This document shows, piece after piece, positions 1 to 9,609 of a stretch of 64,000 nt of DNA. Position 1 is the first letter of the stretch. Each line of letters begins with the position of its first letter. Origin of the DNA: Spirochaetia bacterium. Its GTDB lineage: Bacteria; Spirochaetota; Spirochaetia; CAKZLE01. The stretch is from the NCBI GenBank assembly GCA_963677595.1, contig OY782041.1, forward strand, positions 1,984,001 through 2,048,000, in the 5' to 3' direction. The position numbers were made by a program, and so were the translations under genes. A model generated the notes under the pieces. The model did not search any database, was not told the origin of the DNA, and saw only the letters and a list, made by a program, of their open reading frames with translations.

Positions 1-1116
1 TCCCAGGTTGCAGGCCCGCTCCCGGTGAAGCCCTGGTTCGGGACCGTTGTCGATCTCCATGAGTTTGAAGGGGAAGCCGGTGGGGGATGCCTTGGTGTCT
101 GTTGAGATCCTCTCCTTCCCCTTGCCCACGATCGAGATGATCCGTTCCTTGATCTCAGGGAAGAATCCTGATTCCCTGCAGAGGGCAAAAGGGGTCCCTG
201 CCTGGATCCCGGCTGCACCGGAGTCCAGTGCCTGCTGCAGTCCTTCAGGACTCCCGTAGGAGCCTGCGAGCCAGAAGGGGATCCCGAGACTTTGCAGTTT
301 ATCCATGTCCACGATGTCACGTTTCCCATAGATCGGCTCTCCCTCATCATCAAGCAGCATCCTGCCGCGAGGAGGTGCATTGTGCCCCCCCGCAGAAGGA
401 CCTTCCACGATGATACCGTCGACAGGGCCGTTTGCCTTGCTGACCATGACTGATGCAAGAAAGTTCGAGGATACGATCGGCAGGAACTTCGGGATCTTGA
501 TCTCGGGCATCTGTATGGTGAAGAGATGCTTCGGGTTGAAGCGGGAGAAGAAGGACTCCTCCTTGCCGGCATCCTCTACATCCAGTCGCATGGAGGTCTC
601 CTCATGACGGGAGAGGTCCCTGATGACTCCCGGGATCTCGATCGGGATGCCAGCCCCCATGATGATGTAATCGACCCCTGCAAGCAGGGCCCCGTAGATC
701 GATGAGAGGGTAGGGAGCTGGAGTTTTGCCAGGTAGTTGATCCCAACCTTCCCGGGGTGCCCCTCCTTTGCCAGCCAGGTCTCGACGAAGTTGGCTGCGA
801 CATTCAGTGCATTGAGCCGGTCATTGTTCTTGATGGTGAAGAACGGGACCCGCTTGAAGGGTGAACGGGAGGATATACCCCCCCTTACGAAATATTCATC
901 TATGATGCGCTTGGCTGTCTCACTGCAGGGGAAGGCTGCCAGGGCACGGCGGACGTTCCCGTCCTGGTCCCCGTTCTGGAGGGTCCTTGTCAGCAGCCGG
1001 TCGAGTCCGGTCCCTGATATGACACCGAGCTGCCCGGCTTGTGAGACTGCCTTTGCAAGCCGCCAGCCGGATACCCCGATGCCCATGCCGCCCTGGATCA
1101 CGAGTGGATTGTTCAT
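1..1116 (-). CDS. Nitronate monooxygenase / FMN-dependent 2-nitropropane dioxygenase family protein (3' end runs off window)
   Basis: Not in the ORF track because it is open-ended. The reverse strand from ATG at 1116 reads MNNPLVIQGGMGIGVSGWRLAKAVSQAGQLGVISGTG..., with later EGPSAGGHNAPPRG and GVQAGT motifs. RBS AGGAG upstream. Confidence 0.85.
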   Translation of the reverse strand, partial: MNNPLVIQGGMGIGVSGWRLAKAVSQAGQLGVISGTGLDRLLTRTLQNGDQDGNVRRALAAFPCSETAKRIIDEYFVRGGISSRSPFKRVPFFTIKNNDRLNALNVAANFVETWLAKEGHPGKVGINYLAKLQLPTLSSIYGALLAGVDYIIMGAGIPIEIPGVIRDLSRHEETSMRLDVEDAGKEESFFSRFNPKHLFTIQMPEIKIPKFLPIVSSNFLASVMVSKANGPVDGIIVEGPSAGGHNAPPRGRMLLDDEGEPIYGKRDIVDMDKLQSLGIPFWLAGSYGSPEGLQQALDSGAAGIQAGTPFALCRESGFFPEIKERIISIVGKGKERISTDTKASPTGFPFKLMEIDNGPEPGLHRERACNLG

Positions 1117-1240
1117 TGCTACTCCTGTGGTACGTGAAAGATGACTCAGGATAGGCGAATAATGAGAATAAGTAAATCCTTAATCTGACAAATTAGAAAT
1201 AAATGTCAATATAACGGGGGTTTTGCTGTGGGGTGCCCTG

Positions 1241-3322
1241 TCAGCCGGCTAGCTTCTTCTTCCTTCCCTGTACGAAGAACAGCAGCCCGTAGAGCAGGAT
1301 CGCAAGAGCCCCGATGAGCATCGACCCGCTTCGTGACCCTGCGGTGAAGCTCAAGGGAACGAGCAGCTTGTCTGCGATGACGTTCGGGATGAGCAGCATG
1401 GTGGTGATGACCAGGAGCAGGATGCTCTCATACCAGCGGACTCTCACCCGCATGTAGGAGAGCGTCAGCGAGGCGAATGCCAGCATGGCGATCAGGCTGG
1501 TGACGAAGACCCACAGCCCGTACCAGACTCGTGTCACTTGATGGAGGATCATGTCGGTATTGAAGATGAATATGAACGGCAGGATCGCCGTCCTGATATC
1601 ATACATGAACCCCTGTACCCCGGTCTTGATCGGGTTCGACTTCGCGATGGCGGCCGCGGCATAGGCGGCAAGGCCCACGGGGGGCGTGTCATCGGCGAGG
1701 ATCCCGAAGAAGAAGACGAAGAGGTGTGCGGCGATGATCGGGAAGACGATCCCGTTTGCTGCCCCGAGCTCCACGATGACCGGTGCGGTCAATGCTGCCA
1801 TGACGATGTAGGTAGCGGTGGTCGGGAGTCCCATGCCCAGGATGAGGCTGGCGAAGGCAGTGATCAGCAGGATCAGGAAGAAGTGCCCGCCGGCGAGGAA
1901 CTCGATCGCCTCGGTGATGATCCCGCCCAGGCCGAAGGTCACGACACCAACGATGATGCCCGCAGTCGCCACAGCGACCCCGATGCCCATCATGTTCTTC
2001 GCACCTGCGACCAATGCATCCCAAATCTGGATGGCTGACTTGATGAGGGCCTGTTTCGGTGACTTGCCCTGCCGTTTCGCATGGTAGAGGTTCTCGATCG
2101 GGATGAGCAGGGCAAGTACGACGATGGCCCTGAAGGCTGCCAAAGCCGGGGAGTGACGCATGACGATCAGCTCGAAGATGAGCATGAGCAGCGGGATCAT
2201 GAAGTGGATGCCGTTTATGAGTGTCGGGAAGAACTTCGGCAGTTCCTCCTTCGGTATCCCTTCGAGCCCGAGTTTGGATGCCTCGAGATGGCTGATGTAC
2301 ATCAGCGCGATATAGGAGATGATAGCGGGGATGGCTGCTGCCTTGATGACCTCCACATACGCGAGGTTGCAGGTCTCGGCGATGATGAAGGCTGCTGCCC
2401 CCATGATCGGCGGCATCAGCTGCCCGTTGGTGCTGCAGGCGACCTCGACGGCCCCTGCCTTGTAGTCCGGGTATCCGACCTTCTTCATCAGCGGGATGGT
2501 GAAGGTGCCGGTGGTCACGGTATTCGCGATACTCGATCCCGATACCATGCCGGTGAGCCCGCTGGCAAGGATCGCGGCCTTTGCAGGCCCGCCCTTGAAC
2601 CTGCCGAGCAGGCTGAAGGCCAGGTCGACGAAGTACCTGCCGGCCCCGGCCTCATTGAGCATAGCCCCGAAGAGGACGAAGAGGAAGACGATGTTCGCCG
2701 ATACGTTGAGCGGGACACCATAGATCCCCTGGGTCGACATGGTCATCTTGCTGATGAACTTGGATATTGAGACGCTCTTGAAGCTGAGCGCATCAGGCAT
2801 GTTCGCAGCGAAGAAGCTGTAGAGGATGAACAGGGTAGCCACGATGGGCAGGGTCAGCCCAAGGGACCTCCTTGCTGCCTCGAGCAGGAAGAGGGTCAAT
2901 AACAGCCCCACGAGGATGTCGCGGGGGAGGGGGATTCCCTGCCGCATGCTGATCCCCTCATAGTCGAGGACGATATAGACGGCGAGCAGGACGGAAACGA
3001 TTGCCAGGAGAAAATCGAAGATGGTATAGGAATCCGTCTTGCTGAAATACTGCAGAAGACGATTCTTCGGTGTCTTCTTGAACATGGGGTTGCAGAGGTA
3101 GACCAGTGCGATGGCGAAGGCGAGGTGCACGGCCCTGATGATCGTGCTGTCCAGAAGGATGAACGAGGAGATCGCCAGCTGGAAGAGGGACCAGGAGACA
3201 GCGATGATCGGGACGATCCATTGCTGCCAGCCGGTCGTCACATGCCGTCTTCCCCCCTCGGCATCTTCTGCGATCTTCTGCGCGGTCTGGATATCCTGGT
3301 CGATGATCTCTTCTTCAGTCAC
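1241..3322 (-). CDS. TRAP (TAXI-type) fused DctQM 4TM/12TM permease
   Basis: 693 aa polytopic protein with GRFKGGPAK, SGSSIANTVTTG, GQLMPPIMGAAAF, LGMGLPTT and TPPV motifs; lies downstream of TAXI binding proteins. Confidence 0.95.
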   Translation of the reverse strand: MTEEEIIDQDIQTAQKIAEDAEGGRRHVTTGWQQWIVPIIAVSWSLFQLAISSFILLDSTIIRAVHLAFAIALVYLCNPMFKKTPKNRLLQYFSKTDSYTIFDFLLAIVSVLLAVYIVLDYEGISMRQGIPLPRDILVGLLLTLFLLEAARRSLGLTLPIVATLFILYSFFAANMPDALSFKSVSISKFISKMTMSTQGIYGVPLNVSANIVFLFVLFGAMLNEAGAGRYFVDLAFSLLGRFKGGPAKAAILASGLTGMVSGSSIANTVTTGTFTIPLMKKVGYPDYKAGAVEVACSTNGQLMPPIMGAAAFIIAETCNLAYVEVIKAAAIPAIISYIALMYISHLEASKLGLEGIPKEELPKFFPTLINGIHFMIPLLMLIFELIVMRHSPALAAFRAIVVLALLIPIENLYHAKRQGKSPKQALIKSAIQIWDALVAGAKNMMGIGVAVATAGIIVGVVTFGLGGIITEAIEFLAGGHFFLILLITAFASLILGMGLPTTATYIVMAALTAPVIVELGAANGIVFPIIAAHLFVFFFGILADDTPPVGLAAYAAAAIAKSNPIKTGVQGFMYDIRTAILPFIFIFNTDMILHQVTRVWYGLWVFVTSLIAMLAFASLTLSYMRVRVRWYESILLLVITTMLLIPNVIADKLLVPLSFTAGSRSGSMLIGALAILLYGLLFFVQGRKKKLAG

Positions 3323-3348
3323 GTGGCACTCCTCATGGTAGGTATGGT

Positions 3349-3371
3349 GACCGGGGGAGCATCCCCCGGTC
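3349..3371 (-). terminator. Stem-loop between TAXI binding protein and permease (terminator/mRNA stabiliser)
   Basis: GACCGGGGGA-gca-TCCCCCGGTC perfect 10-bp stem. Confidence 0.6.
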
Positions 3372-3393
3372 TGTTACAGCCTAAGCAGGCAGC

Positions 3394-4395
3394 CTATTTC
3401 AGGCCTGCTTCCTCATAATACTTCAAGGCACCGGGATGTATAGGAGCGGAGAGTCCTGCGAGCAGGTCCTCTTTCTCCAGGGTCGCATAGGCCGGGTGGA
3501 GTTTCTTGAACTCGTCGAAGTTCTCGAAGACCTCCTTGGTGATGGCATACACGATATCATCCGATACGTTAGCGGAAGTACAGAGAGTAGCCTTCACGCC
3601 GAAAGTAGCGACGTCAGAGGAGTTTGAGGCATTGGGGTAATCGCTCACGGCGATGGTCGATTTTGCGTAGTAGGGGTACTTGGCGATCAGTGCATCGACT
3701 TCTGAGCCCTCGATAGCTACGAAATGTGCTGCCCTTGCACCTGCGGTAGCCTCCTTGAAGGACCCGTTCGGGTGTCCGACCGTGTAGAAGTAAGCATCGA
3801 TCTGCCCGTCCTGGAGTGCCCCGGCAGCCTCGGCAGCCTGGAGCCCTTCAGCCCTGAGGTCGTTCTCATAGTCGATCCCGAAAGCTTCCAGGGCGTCGAG
3901 GGAGTTCCCTCGCTGTCCTGAACCGGGGTTCCCGATATTGACGATCTTTCCCTTCAGGTCCATGAAGCTGTCGATACCTGCATCATCTGCAGCGAGCAGG
4001 GAGACTGACTCGGGATGGATGGAGAATACTGCCCGGAGATCCTTCTGTGCGTTACCGTCCCATTCAGCCATACCGTTGTAGGCCTGGTACTGTCGGTCTG
4101 ACTGTACGATACCGAACTCAAGGTCGCCGGAGATGACAGCATTCACGTTGAATACCGATCCGCCGGTTGACTCTACGGTCGCCTTCAGGTTGTATTCATC
4201 TGATTTCAGGTTCACCATCTTACTGATCGCGCCACCGGTCGGGTAATAGACACCGGTAACACCGCCGGTCCCGATGGTCACGAACTGCTTGCCTGCAGGT
4301 GCACCACTTTCTGATGACCCACCGGCGAACACTGTCCCGCCGACGAACAGCAGGATGATCATGAGGGAGATGAGACTCAACAAACTCTTTTTCAT
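3394..4395 (-). CDS. TAXI family TRAP solute-binding protein (copy 1)
   Basis: TIGTGGVTGVYYPTG, ESTGGSVFN, GNPGSG, PIHPGA motifs. Start moved to ATG 4395 (MKKSLL) behind GGAGG; signal peptide ends VFAGGSSE. Confidence 0.93.
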   Translation of the reverse strand: MKKSLLSLISLMIILLFVGGTVFAGGSSESGAPAGKQFVTIGTGGVTGVYYPTGGAISKMVNLKSDEYNLKATVESTGGSVFNVNAVISGDLEFGIVQSDRQYQAYNGMAEWDGNAQKDLRAVFSIHPESVSLLAADDAGIDSFMDLKGKIVNIGNPGSGQRGNSLDALEAFGIDYENDLRAEGLQAAEAAGALQDGQIDAYFYTVGHPNGSFKEATAGARAAHFVAIEGSEVDALIAKYPYYAKSTIAVSDYPNASNSSDVATFGVKATLCTSANVSDDIVYAITKEVFENFDEFKKLHPAYATLEKEDLLAGLSAPIHPGALKYYEEAGLK

Positions 4396-4585
4396 AGTAT
4401 CCTCCAAAAAATGAATGGTTACCCGACGATCAGGGAATGACAGTCAGGTAGATACAAAAACAACGAGTAACCATTTCTGTATATTTATGCTAATTCTATA
4501 CAATTTGTAACAATCCTGCAAGGGCCTGATAAGCACGTACTGAGTGGGGCAGGATACGGGAGGTGAAGGACGGCCTGGCTGCCGG

Positions 4586-5593
4586 TCAGTAAGAGATGCC
4601 GGCTTCTTTGTAATAGCGTTCAGCTCCCGGGTGGATCGGGGCGGTGAGTCCCGTGAGCAGGTCCTCCTTCTCGAGTACCGCATATGCTGGGTGCAGGGCC
4701 TTGAATGCCTCGAAATTCTCGAAGACCTCTTTCGTGATCGCATAGACGATCTCGTCAGATACCGAAGCCGAGGTGCAGAGGGTCGCCTTCACCCCGAAGG
4801 TGTTCACATCCTCGGTGTTGGATGCGTTCGGGTAGTCTGCTATGCTGATCACCGAGCTGACGTAATAGGGGTTCTCGCTGATCATGGTCTCGATCTCGGG
4901 ACACATGATATCGACGATATGGACATGCCGTGCCCCGGTCGTCGCTTCCTTGAAGGAGCTGTTCGGATGGCCCACGGTATAGAAGTAGGCATCGATCAAC
5001 CCATCCTGCAGGGCACCGGCAGCTTCTGCTGCCTGCATGTTCTCAGCACGGAAATCTGTCTGGTAGTCGATCCCGCAGGCAGTCAGTGCATCGATCGCAT
5101 TGGCCCGCTGCCCGGAACCGGGGTTCCCGATATTGATGATCTTCCCGGCCATGTCCTGGAGGGCATAGATGCCGGAATCATCCGCGGCGACGACCGAGAC
5201 CGACTCCGGATGTATCGAGAAGACCGACCTGAGGTCCTCCTGCGGCAGTCCTTCCCATCTCCCTTCCCCGTGACTGGCCTCGTGCTGGATGTCGGACTGG
5301 ACGATGCCGAACTGGAAGTCACCGGCCATGATGCCGTTCACATTGTAGACCGAACCCCCGGTCGACTCCACAGTCACGCGGAGGTTGTACTCATCACCTT
5401 TCGCATTCACCGTCCTGCTGATAGCCCCGCCGGTGGAGTAGTAGACACCGGTCACTCCGCCGGTCCCGATGGTCACGAACTGCTTCTCTGTAGGTCGCAG
5501 GTTCTTTGCGGCTTCATCTATCTTCGAGCAGCCTGGGATGATGGCCAGGATGATCAGGAGCAGGGACACCGATACCAGTCGGGTTCTTTTCAT
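4586..5593 (-). CDS. TAXI family TRAP solute-binding lipoprotein (copy 2)
   Basis: Same TAXI motifs, clear paralog of 3394-4395; lipobox-like IIPG-C after a hydrophobic signal. Confidence 0.93.
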   Translation of the reverse strand: MKRTRLVSVSLLLIILAIIPGCSKIDEAAKNLRPTEKQFVTIGTGGVTGVYYSTGGAISRTVNAKGDEYNLRVTVESTGGSVYNVNGIMAGDFQFGIVQSDIQHEASHGEGRWEGLPQEDLRSVFSIHPESVSVVAADDSGIYALQDMAGKIINIGNPGSGQRANAIDALTACGIDYQTDFRAENMQAAEAAGALQDGLIDAYFYTVGHPNSSFKEATTGARHVHIVDIMCPEIETMISENPYYVSSVISIADYPNASNTEDVNTFGVKATLCTSASVSDEIVYAITKEVFENFEAFKALHPAYAVLEKEDLLTGLTAPIHPGAERYYKEAGISY

Positions 5594-5734
5594 AGGTTCC
5601 TCCGGCAGTCGGGAACATAAGATCAGTGTTCGGGTAGGGTATACAAGTCATGTTCTCGTAAGATTATATACAGCGTATCATAGGAGGAGTGATAATAACA
5701 TAGCTGGACTGGTGGATTTTTCTGGCTGGGGAGG

Positions 5735-6292
5735 CTAGCTCTCCAGCTCGCGGCGGATGGCACGCAGGGCAGCTTCATCCAAACCCGTGATGGAAGCGAT
5801 GTCATAAAAGGACATGTGCCGCCCCAGCATCCGTCTGGCCATCTCCTCTTGCGCCTCAGCCCAGCCCTGGTTGTATTCCTTGGAGTGAGTATCTGCCTCC
5901 CCTGCAGCTTCCTGCTCTTCTTCAGCTGGAAGTTCTCCATCCTCTATGAGCTGTTTCTTGATAGACAGGATCTGTTCTTCAGAGAATCTCGTGATAGTGA
6001 TGATATCATCGATCAGGTAGTTGTTTCTCAGCAGATACTTGACTCGCTCGACTTTCAGGGCTGCCTGCGCTTCAGGTTCAGCACGCACAAGACCTTCTGC
6101 ATATGCTGCCTCATAGGCTTCCGTTCCCTTTTCCGCAAGTTCTCTAGCATAGGCTTCAGCAAAGCTTTTTATAAAAGCATCATAGAAGGCATCTTCGTAG
6201 ATACCAATCTCCCGAGCTACTGCATCAATCTCTGCCAGTCTCCGTCGCTCTTCATAGTACTCCCATTTTTCCTTCTCACTGATGTGTATCAT
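5735..6292 (-). CDS. Protein homologous to the Rpn C-terminal domain (RpnS-like, two tandem helical repeats)
   Basis: N-terminus MIHISEKEKWEYYEERRRLAEIDAVARE aligns with Rpn MVHVSADEELRYAYVRKSMAELDEAARE. Contains two (EG..A..ML...I..I..ITGL/F..E.I/L) HTH-like repeats. RBS GAGGAGG. Confidence 0.7.
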   Translation of the reverse strand: MIHISEKEKWEYYEERRRLAEIDAVAREIGIYEDAFYDAFIKSFAEAYARELAEKGTEAYEAAYAEGLVRAEPEAQAALKVERVKYLLRNNYLIDDIITITRFSEEQILSIKKQLIEDGELPAEEEQEAAGEADTHSKEYNQGWAEAQEEMARRMLGRHMSFYDIASITGLDEAALRAIRRELES

Positions 6293-6361
6293 TGTTCCAT
6301 TGCCTCCTCGAAGGCCAGATGCTCATCTCTTAAGTTCCTCGACAAGCTGAGCCTCTGGCTT

Positions 6362-7291
6362 CTAGCCCAGGATCTTCAGGACTTCAGCCTCTGTTAAGTC
6401 TGCCACACGTGCGATCATGGATATATCGGAGGATTCAGCCGCAAGCCGCTTGACTGTCGCTTCCTTCTCTTCTTCCTTGCCTTCAGCTTTGCCTTTAGCC
6501 AGGTATGTAGTAGCAGTATCCTCTACGAGTGCCGCCTCACGGGCAGCTTCATCGAGTTCCGCCATACTCTTCCGGACATATGCATACCGGAGCTCTTCAT
6601 CCGCACTTACATGTACCATCTGCTTCATCGCCTCCTCGAAGATCCTGTTCTGATGGGAGAGTTCTTCCAGCCCTTCCAAGTCTTCAGCCCTGAAGAACCT
6701 CGTCCACTGATCCCTCAGGCTTTCGGGATCATCATGGTCCATACGCTTAAGTTCTACGAAGACCATCTCCATGAGGTCCGTGAACTCTGCTTTCGTCTCC
6801 CGGTCATGGAAGGTTATGTGCCGTATATAGGACCTGGTCGTATCCTGCTTCTCTTCGTAGTTCTCTTCGTTCTTCTCTTCTTCCGTCTCTATCAGATTAT
6901 AGCATAATAAGTTCAAGGTTACAGCCCTGCCGGACTTTGCATATCGGTCTCCCCTCTTGATCTGGCTTGAGTAGAGGCGGGCAAGGTAATGCAGGCTGCG
7001 GGGAATGATGTCAAACTCATTGCGGACCTGGATCTCGACATCGATGTGTTCGTTGCCTGCGGTCTTGACCCGCAGGTCAAGGCGGAAGAGCTTGTTATCG
7101 GGGTAATCTCGCTCCTTTTCCGTAGTCATGATCGTGATGTCCTCCGGGCTCTTCGGGGAGATGTCGAGGTAGGCGGTGAGCAGGGAGAGCAGCAGGTCCT
7201 TGTTCTCCTCCTTGGTGAAGATCGCCTTGAAGACGATGTCACTGGTAAGCGGCAGTAAGGTGCTGTTCCCGTACTTGATCTCTTTAAACAT
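6362..7291 (-). CDS. Rpn family recombination-promoting nuclease / PD-(D/E)XK nuclease (PDDEXK_2-like)
   Basis: SDIVFKAIF, RLDLRV, IDVEIQ, RSLHYLARLYSSQ, FVELK motifs and a GKAEGKEE C-terminal tail. Start ATG 7291 after AGGAGG. Confidence 0.9.
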   Translation of the reverse strand: MFKEIKYGNSTLLPLTSDIVFKAIFTKEENKDLLLSLLTAYLDISPKSPEDITIMTTEKERDYPDNKLFRLDLRVKTAGNEHIDVEIQVRNEFDIIPRSLHYLARLYSSQIKRGDRYAKSGRAVTLNLLCYNLIETEEEKNEENYEEKQDTTRSYIRHITFHDRETKAEFTDLMEMVFVELKRMDHDDPESLRDQWTRFFRAEDLEGLEELSHQNRIFEEAMKQMVHVSADEELRYAYVRKSMAELDEAAREAALVEDTATTYLAKGKAEGKEEEKEATVKRLAAESSDISMIARVADLTEAEVLKILG

Positions 7292-7361
7292 GCGGGTTCC
7301 TCCTGTGTTCGTATATCTACTACAAACAGGATTCAGGTCGATTTGATTCAAGAATAAAGAA

Positions 7362-7392
7362 GACCTGTGGAAATTGGGTATTTCCACAGGTC
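7362..7392 (-). terminator. Intrinsic terminator after metA
   Basis: GACCTGTGGAAAT / ATTTCCACAGGTC 13-bp stem followed on the minus strand by TTCTTTATTCTT. Confidence 0.8.
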
Positions 7393-7418
7393 GTTACTGT
7401 ATTGGAAGGTAAAGGAAG

Positions 7419-8318
7419 TCAGATCTCATATGGGGTATCGAGGTAGCACTTCTTGAGCCACTGCAGGAAGAACTCCTGGCCGTGTGAGCGCCAGTTGTTC
7501 ACCGGGTGGTCAATATCGATGTTCACGGGAGGCTGGACGTCGGTCCTGCCTGCGGCTACATCGCGCCGGTACTCCTCGATGAGCCGGTCCGTCCGGTATT
7601 CGGAATGACCGAGGTGCATGAGGAACTTCTCGTCACTGCTCTCGAAGATGGTATACCCGGCATCCTCGTTATAGGCGAGCAGCCTGATATGCCCTTTTGC
7701 GGCCTCTTCCTCCAGTACCTTGTCCGGGATCCCGGAATGCCGGGATTGGGGACACCAGTAGACATCGTCGAGGTCCCCCGTGACCCGGTGGGTCCGGTCG
7801 ATGTTCTTCGTGGGGTAGAGGCCGAAGAGCTTCTTCTCGTAGTTCTGCTTCTCGATCCCGAGGTATTTTGCCAGGGCGAGACCGCCCCAGCAGATGCCCA
7901 GGGTAGCAGCGATATGCTCATGGGCGTAATCGAGGATCCGGGTGAACTCATCCCAGTAGGTGACCTTCTCGAAGGGCATGACCTCGACCGGTGCCCCGGT
8001 GATGATCAGCCCGTCGAAGCCCCTTTCCCGGGTTGCCTCGTCGAAGGTCACATAGTGCTCATCGATATGCTCCCGGTCGCTGCTGGAGTAGGAGTGGGTG
8101 TGGAGCCTGAGGAATACCGGTTCGATCTGGATGATGGACCTGCCCAGCAGGTAGAGCAGGCTGAACTCATAGGTCTCTGCCTTGGGCATGATGTTCAGGA
8201 TGCCGATTCGCAGCGGCCTGATATCCTGCCGGTTCGCCTGCCTGGGGGTTATGCAGTGGACCCTGTGGTCCTGCAGCTGTCTCTCAATATGATACTGTTC
8301 CGGTATGATGATGGACAT
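7419..8318 (-). CDS. metA: Homoserine O-acyltransferase MetA, predicted O-acetyl-specific
   Basis: ILNIMP, DGLIITGAPVE, GICWG, PQSRH, GHSEY motifs. The Glu in TGAPVE is the residue associated with acetyl-CoA specificity; the gene sits next to metY. Confidence 0.93.
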   Translation of the reverse strand: MSIIIPEQYHIERQLQDHRVHCITPRQANRQDIRPLRIGILNIMPKAETYEFSLLYLLGRSIIQIEPVFLRLHTHSYSSSDREHIDEHYVTFDEATRERGFDGLIITGAPVEVMPFEKVTYWDEFTRILDYAHEHIAATLGICWGGLALAKYLGIEKQNYEKKLFGLYPTKNIDRTHRVTGDLDDVYWCPQSRHSGIPDKVLEEEAAKGHIRLLAYNEDAGYTIFESSDEKFLMHLGHSEYRTDRLIEEYRRDVAAGRTDVQPPVNIDIDHPVNNWRSHGQEFFLQWLKKCYLDTPYEI

Positions 8319-8320
8319 GG

Positions 8321-9598
8321 TTACTCCTGGTTCAGTGCCTGGTCGATATCCTCGATGATATCATCGATATGCTCTATCCCGACGGAGAGCCTGATCAGGT
8401 CAGGGGTGATCCCCCCTTCTGCCTGCTGCTCCTCGTTCAACTGGGAATGGGTCGTCGATGCCGGGTGGATCGCCAACGTCTTCGCATCCCCCACATTAGC
8501 CAGGTGTGAGGCCAGCTTCAGGTTGTTGATGAACCGTGATCCTGCCTCCTTCCCGCCCTTCACACCGAAGACTACCATCCCGCCGCAGCCGTTCTCAAGC
8601 AGCCGTCCTGCCGCTTCATAGGCAGGGTCATCGGCAAGGCCGGGGTACCTGACCCAGGAGACCTTCGGGTGGTCTTTTAGGAACTCGGCTGTCTTGAGCG
8701 CATTCTCGCTGTGCCGTTCCATCCTGAGGGCGAGGGTCTCGATCCCCTGCAGGAACATCCAGGCGTTGTCAGGACTGATGCAGGCCCCGAGGTTTCGCAG
8801 GGGTACCAGCCGCATCCTCAGGATGAAGGCGAGGCTGTTCAGGTCCCCGAGGTCATGTGCATACCTGATGTCATGGTAGGAGGCATCCGGCTCGTTGTAG
8901 AGCGTGAACTTCTCGTCGGTCCAGTCGAACTTCCCACTGTCGACCACGATCCCGCCGATCCCGGTCCCGTGACCGCCGATCCATTTGGTCAGGGAGTGGA
9001 TAACGATGTCCGCACCATGCTCGATCGGCCGGATGTGGTAGGGGGTGGTGAAGGTGGAGTCGACTGCCAGCGGCAGGTGGTGCCGCTTCGCCACGGCTGA
9101 GATCGCCTCGAGGTCGGCGATATCAAGTGACGGGTTGCCGATGATCTCGGTATAGATCAGGCGGGTCTTCTCATTGATCGCGGCTTCAAGTGCCCCGATG
9201 TCATTCGGGTTGACGAACCGGACGGTGATGCCCATCTCCGGCAGGATGTTGTTGAACATCGTATAAGTACCGCCGTAGAGGTTGGTCGAGGCCACGACCT
9301 CTTCACCCTTCCGGCAGATATTGATGACCGTGTAGAAGATCGCAGATGTACCCGAAGAGAGGGCGAGAGCGGCAGCGCCCCCCTCGAGGGCGGCTACCCG
9401 TTTTTCCAGGACATCCTGGGTCGGGTTCTGCAGCCTGGTGTAGATGTTTCCCAACTCCTTCAGCGCGAAGAGGTCGGCCGCGTGGTCAGTGTCCTTGAAC
9501 AGGTAGGCGCTTGTCCTGTGTACCGGGACCCCGCAGGAACCCGTCTGGTCGGTCTGGATCCCTGCATGCAGGGCAAGTGTCTCGAATCTATGGCTCAT
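8321..9598 (-). CDS. metY: O-acetylhomoserine aminocarboxypropyltransferase (sulfhydrylase)
   Basis: [24 protein letters not shown] (PLP Lys), [22 protein letters not shown]. Confidence 0.95.
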   Translation of the reverse strand: MSHRFETLALHAGIQTDQTGSCGVPVHRTSAYLFKDTDHAADLFALKELGNIYTRLQNPTQDVLEKRVAALEGGAAALALSSGTSAIFYTVINICRKGEEVVASTNLYGGTYTMFNNILPEMGITVRFVNPNDIGALEAAINEKTRLIYTEIIGNPSLDIADLEAISAVAKRHHLPLAVDSTFTTPYHIRPIEHGADIVIHSLTKWIGGHGTGIGGIVVDSGKFDWTDEKFTLYNEPDASYHDIRYAHDLGDLNSLAFILRMRLVPLRNLGACISPDNAWMFLQGIETLALRMERHSENALKTAEFLKDHPKVSWVRYPGLADDPAYEAAGRLLENGCGGMVVFGVKGGKEAGSRFINNLKLASHLANVGDAKTLAIHPASTTHSQLNEEQQAEGGITPDLIRLSVGIEHIDDIIEDIDQALNQE

Positions 9599-9609
9599 GT
9601 ATTCCTCCG

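Noticed and set aside
4544-5620. 358-aa plus-strand ORF
   Set aside because: Antisense shadow of the TAXI gene; no motifs, typical of GC-rich codon bias.
6362-7291. Rpn as an IS/transposase mobile element
   Set aside because: No terminal inverted repeats or target duplications seen; the family label 'putative transposase' is not supported by the flanks.
7506-8621. 371-aa plus-strand ORF
   Set aside because: Antisense to metA/metY; no recognisable domain.
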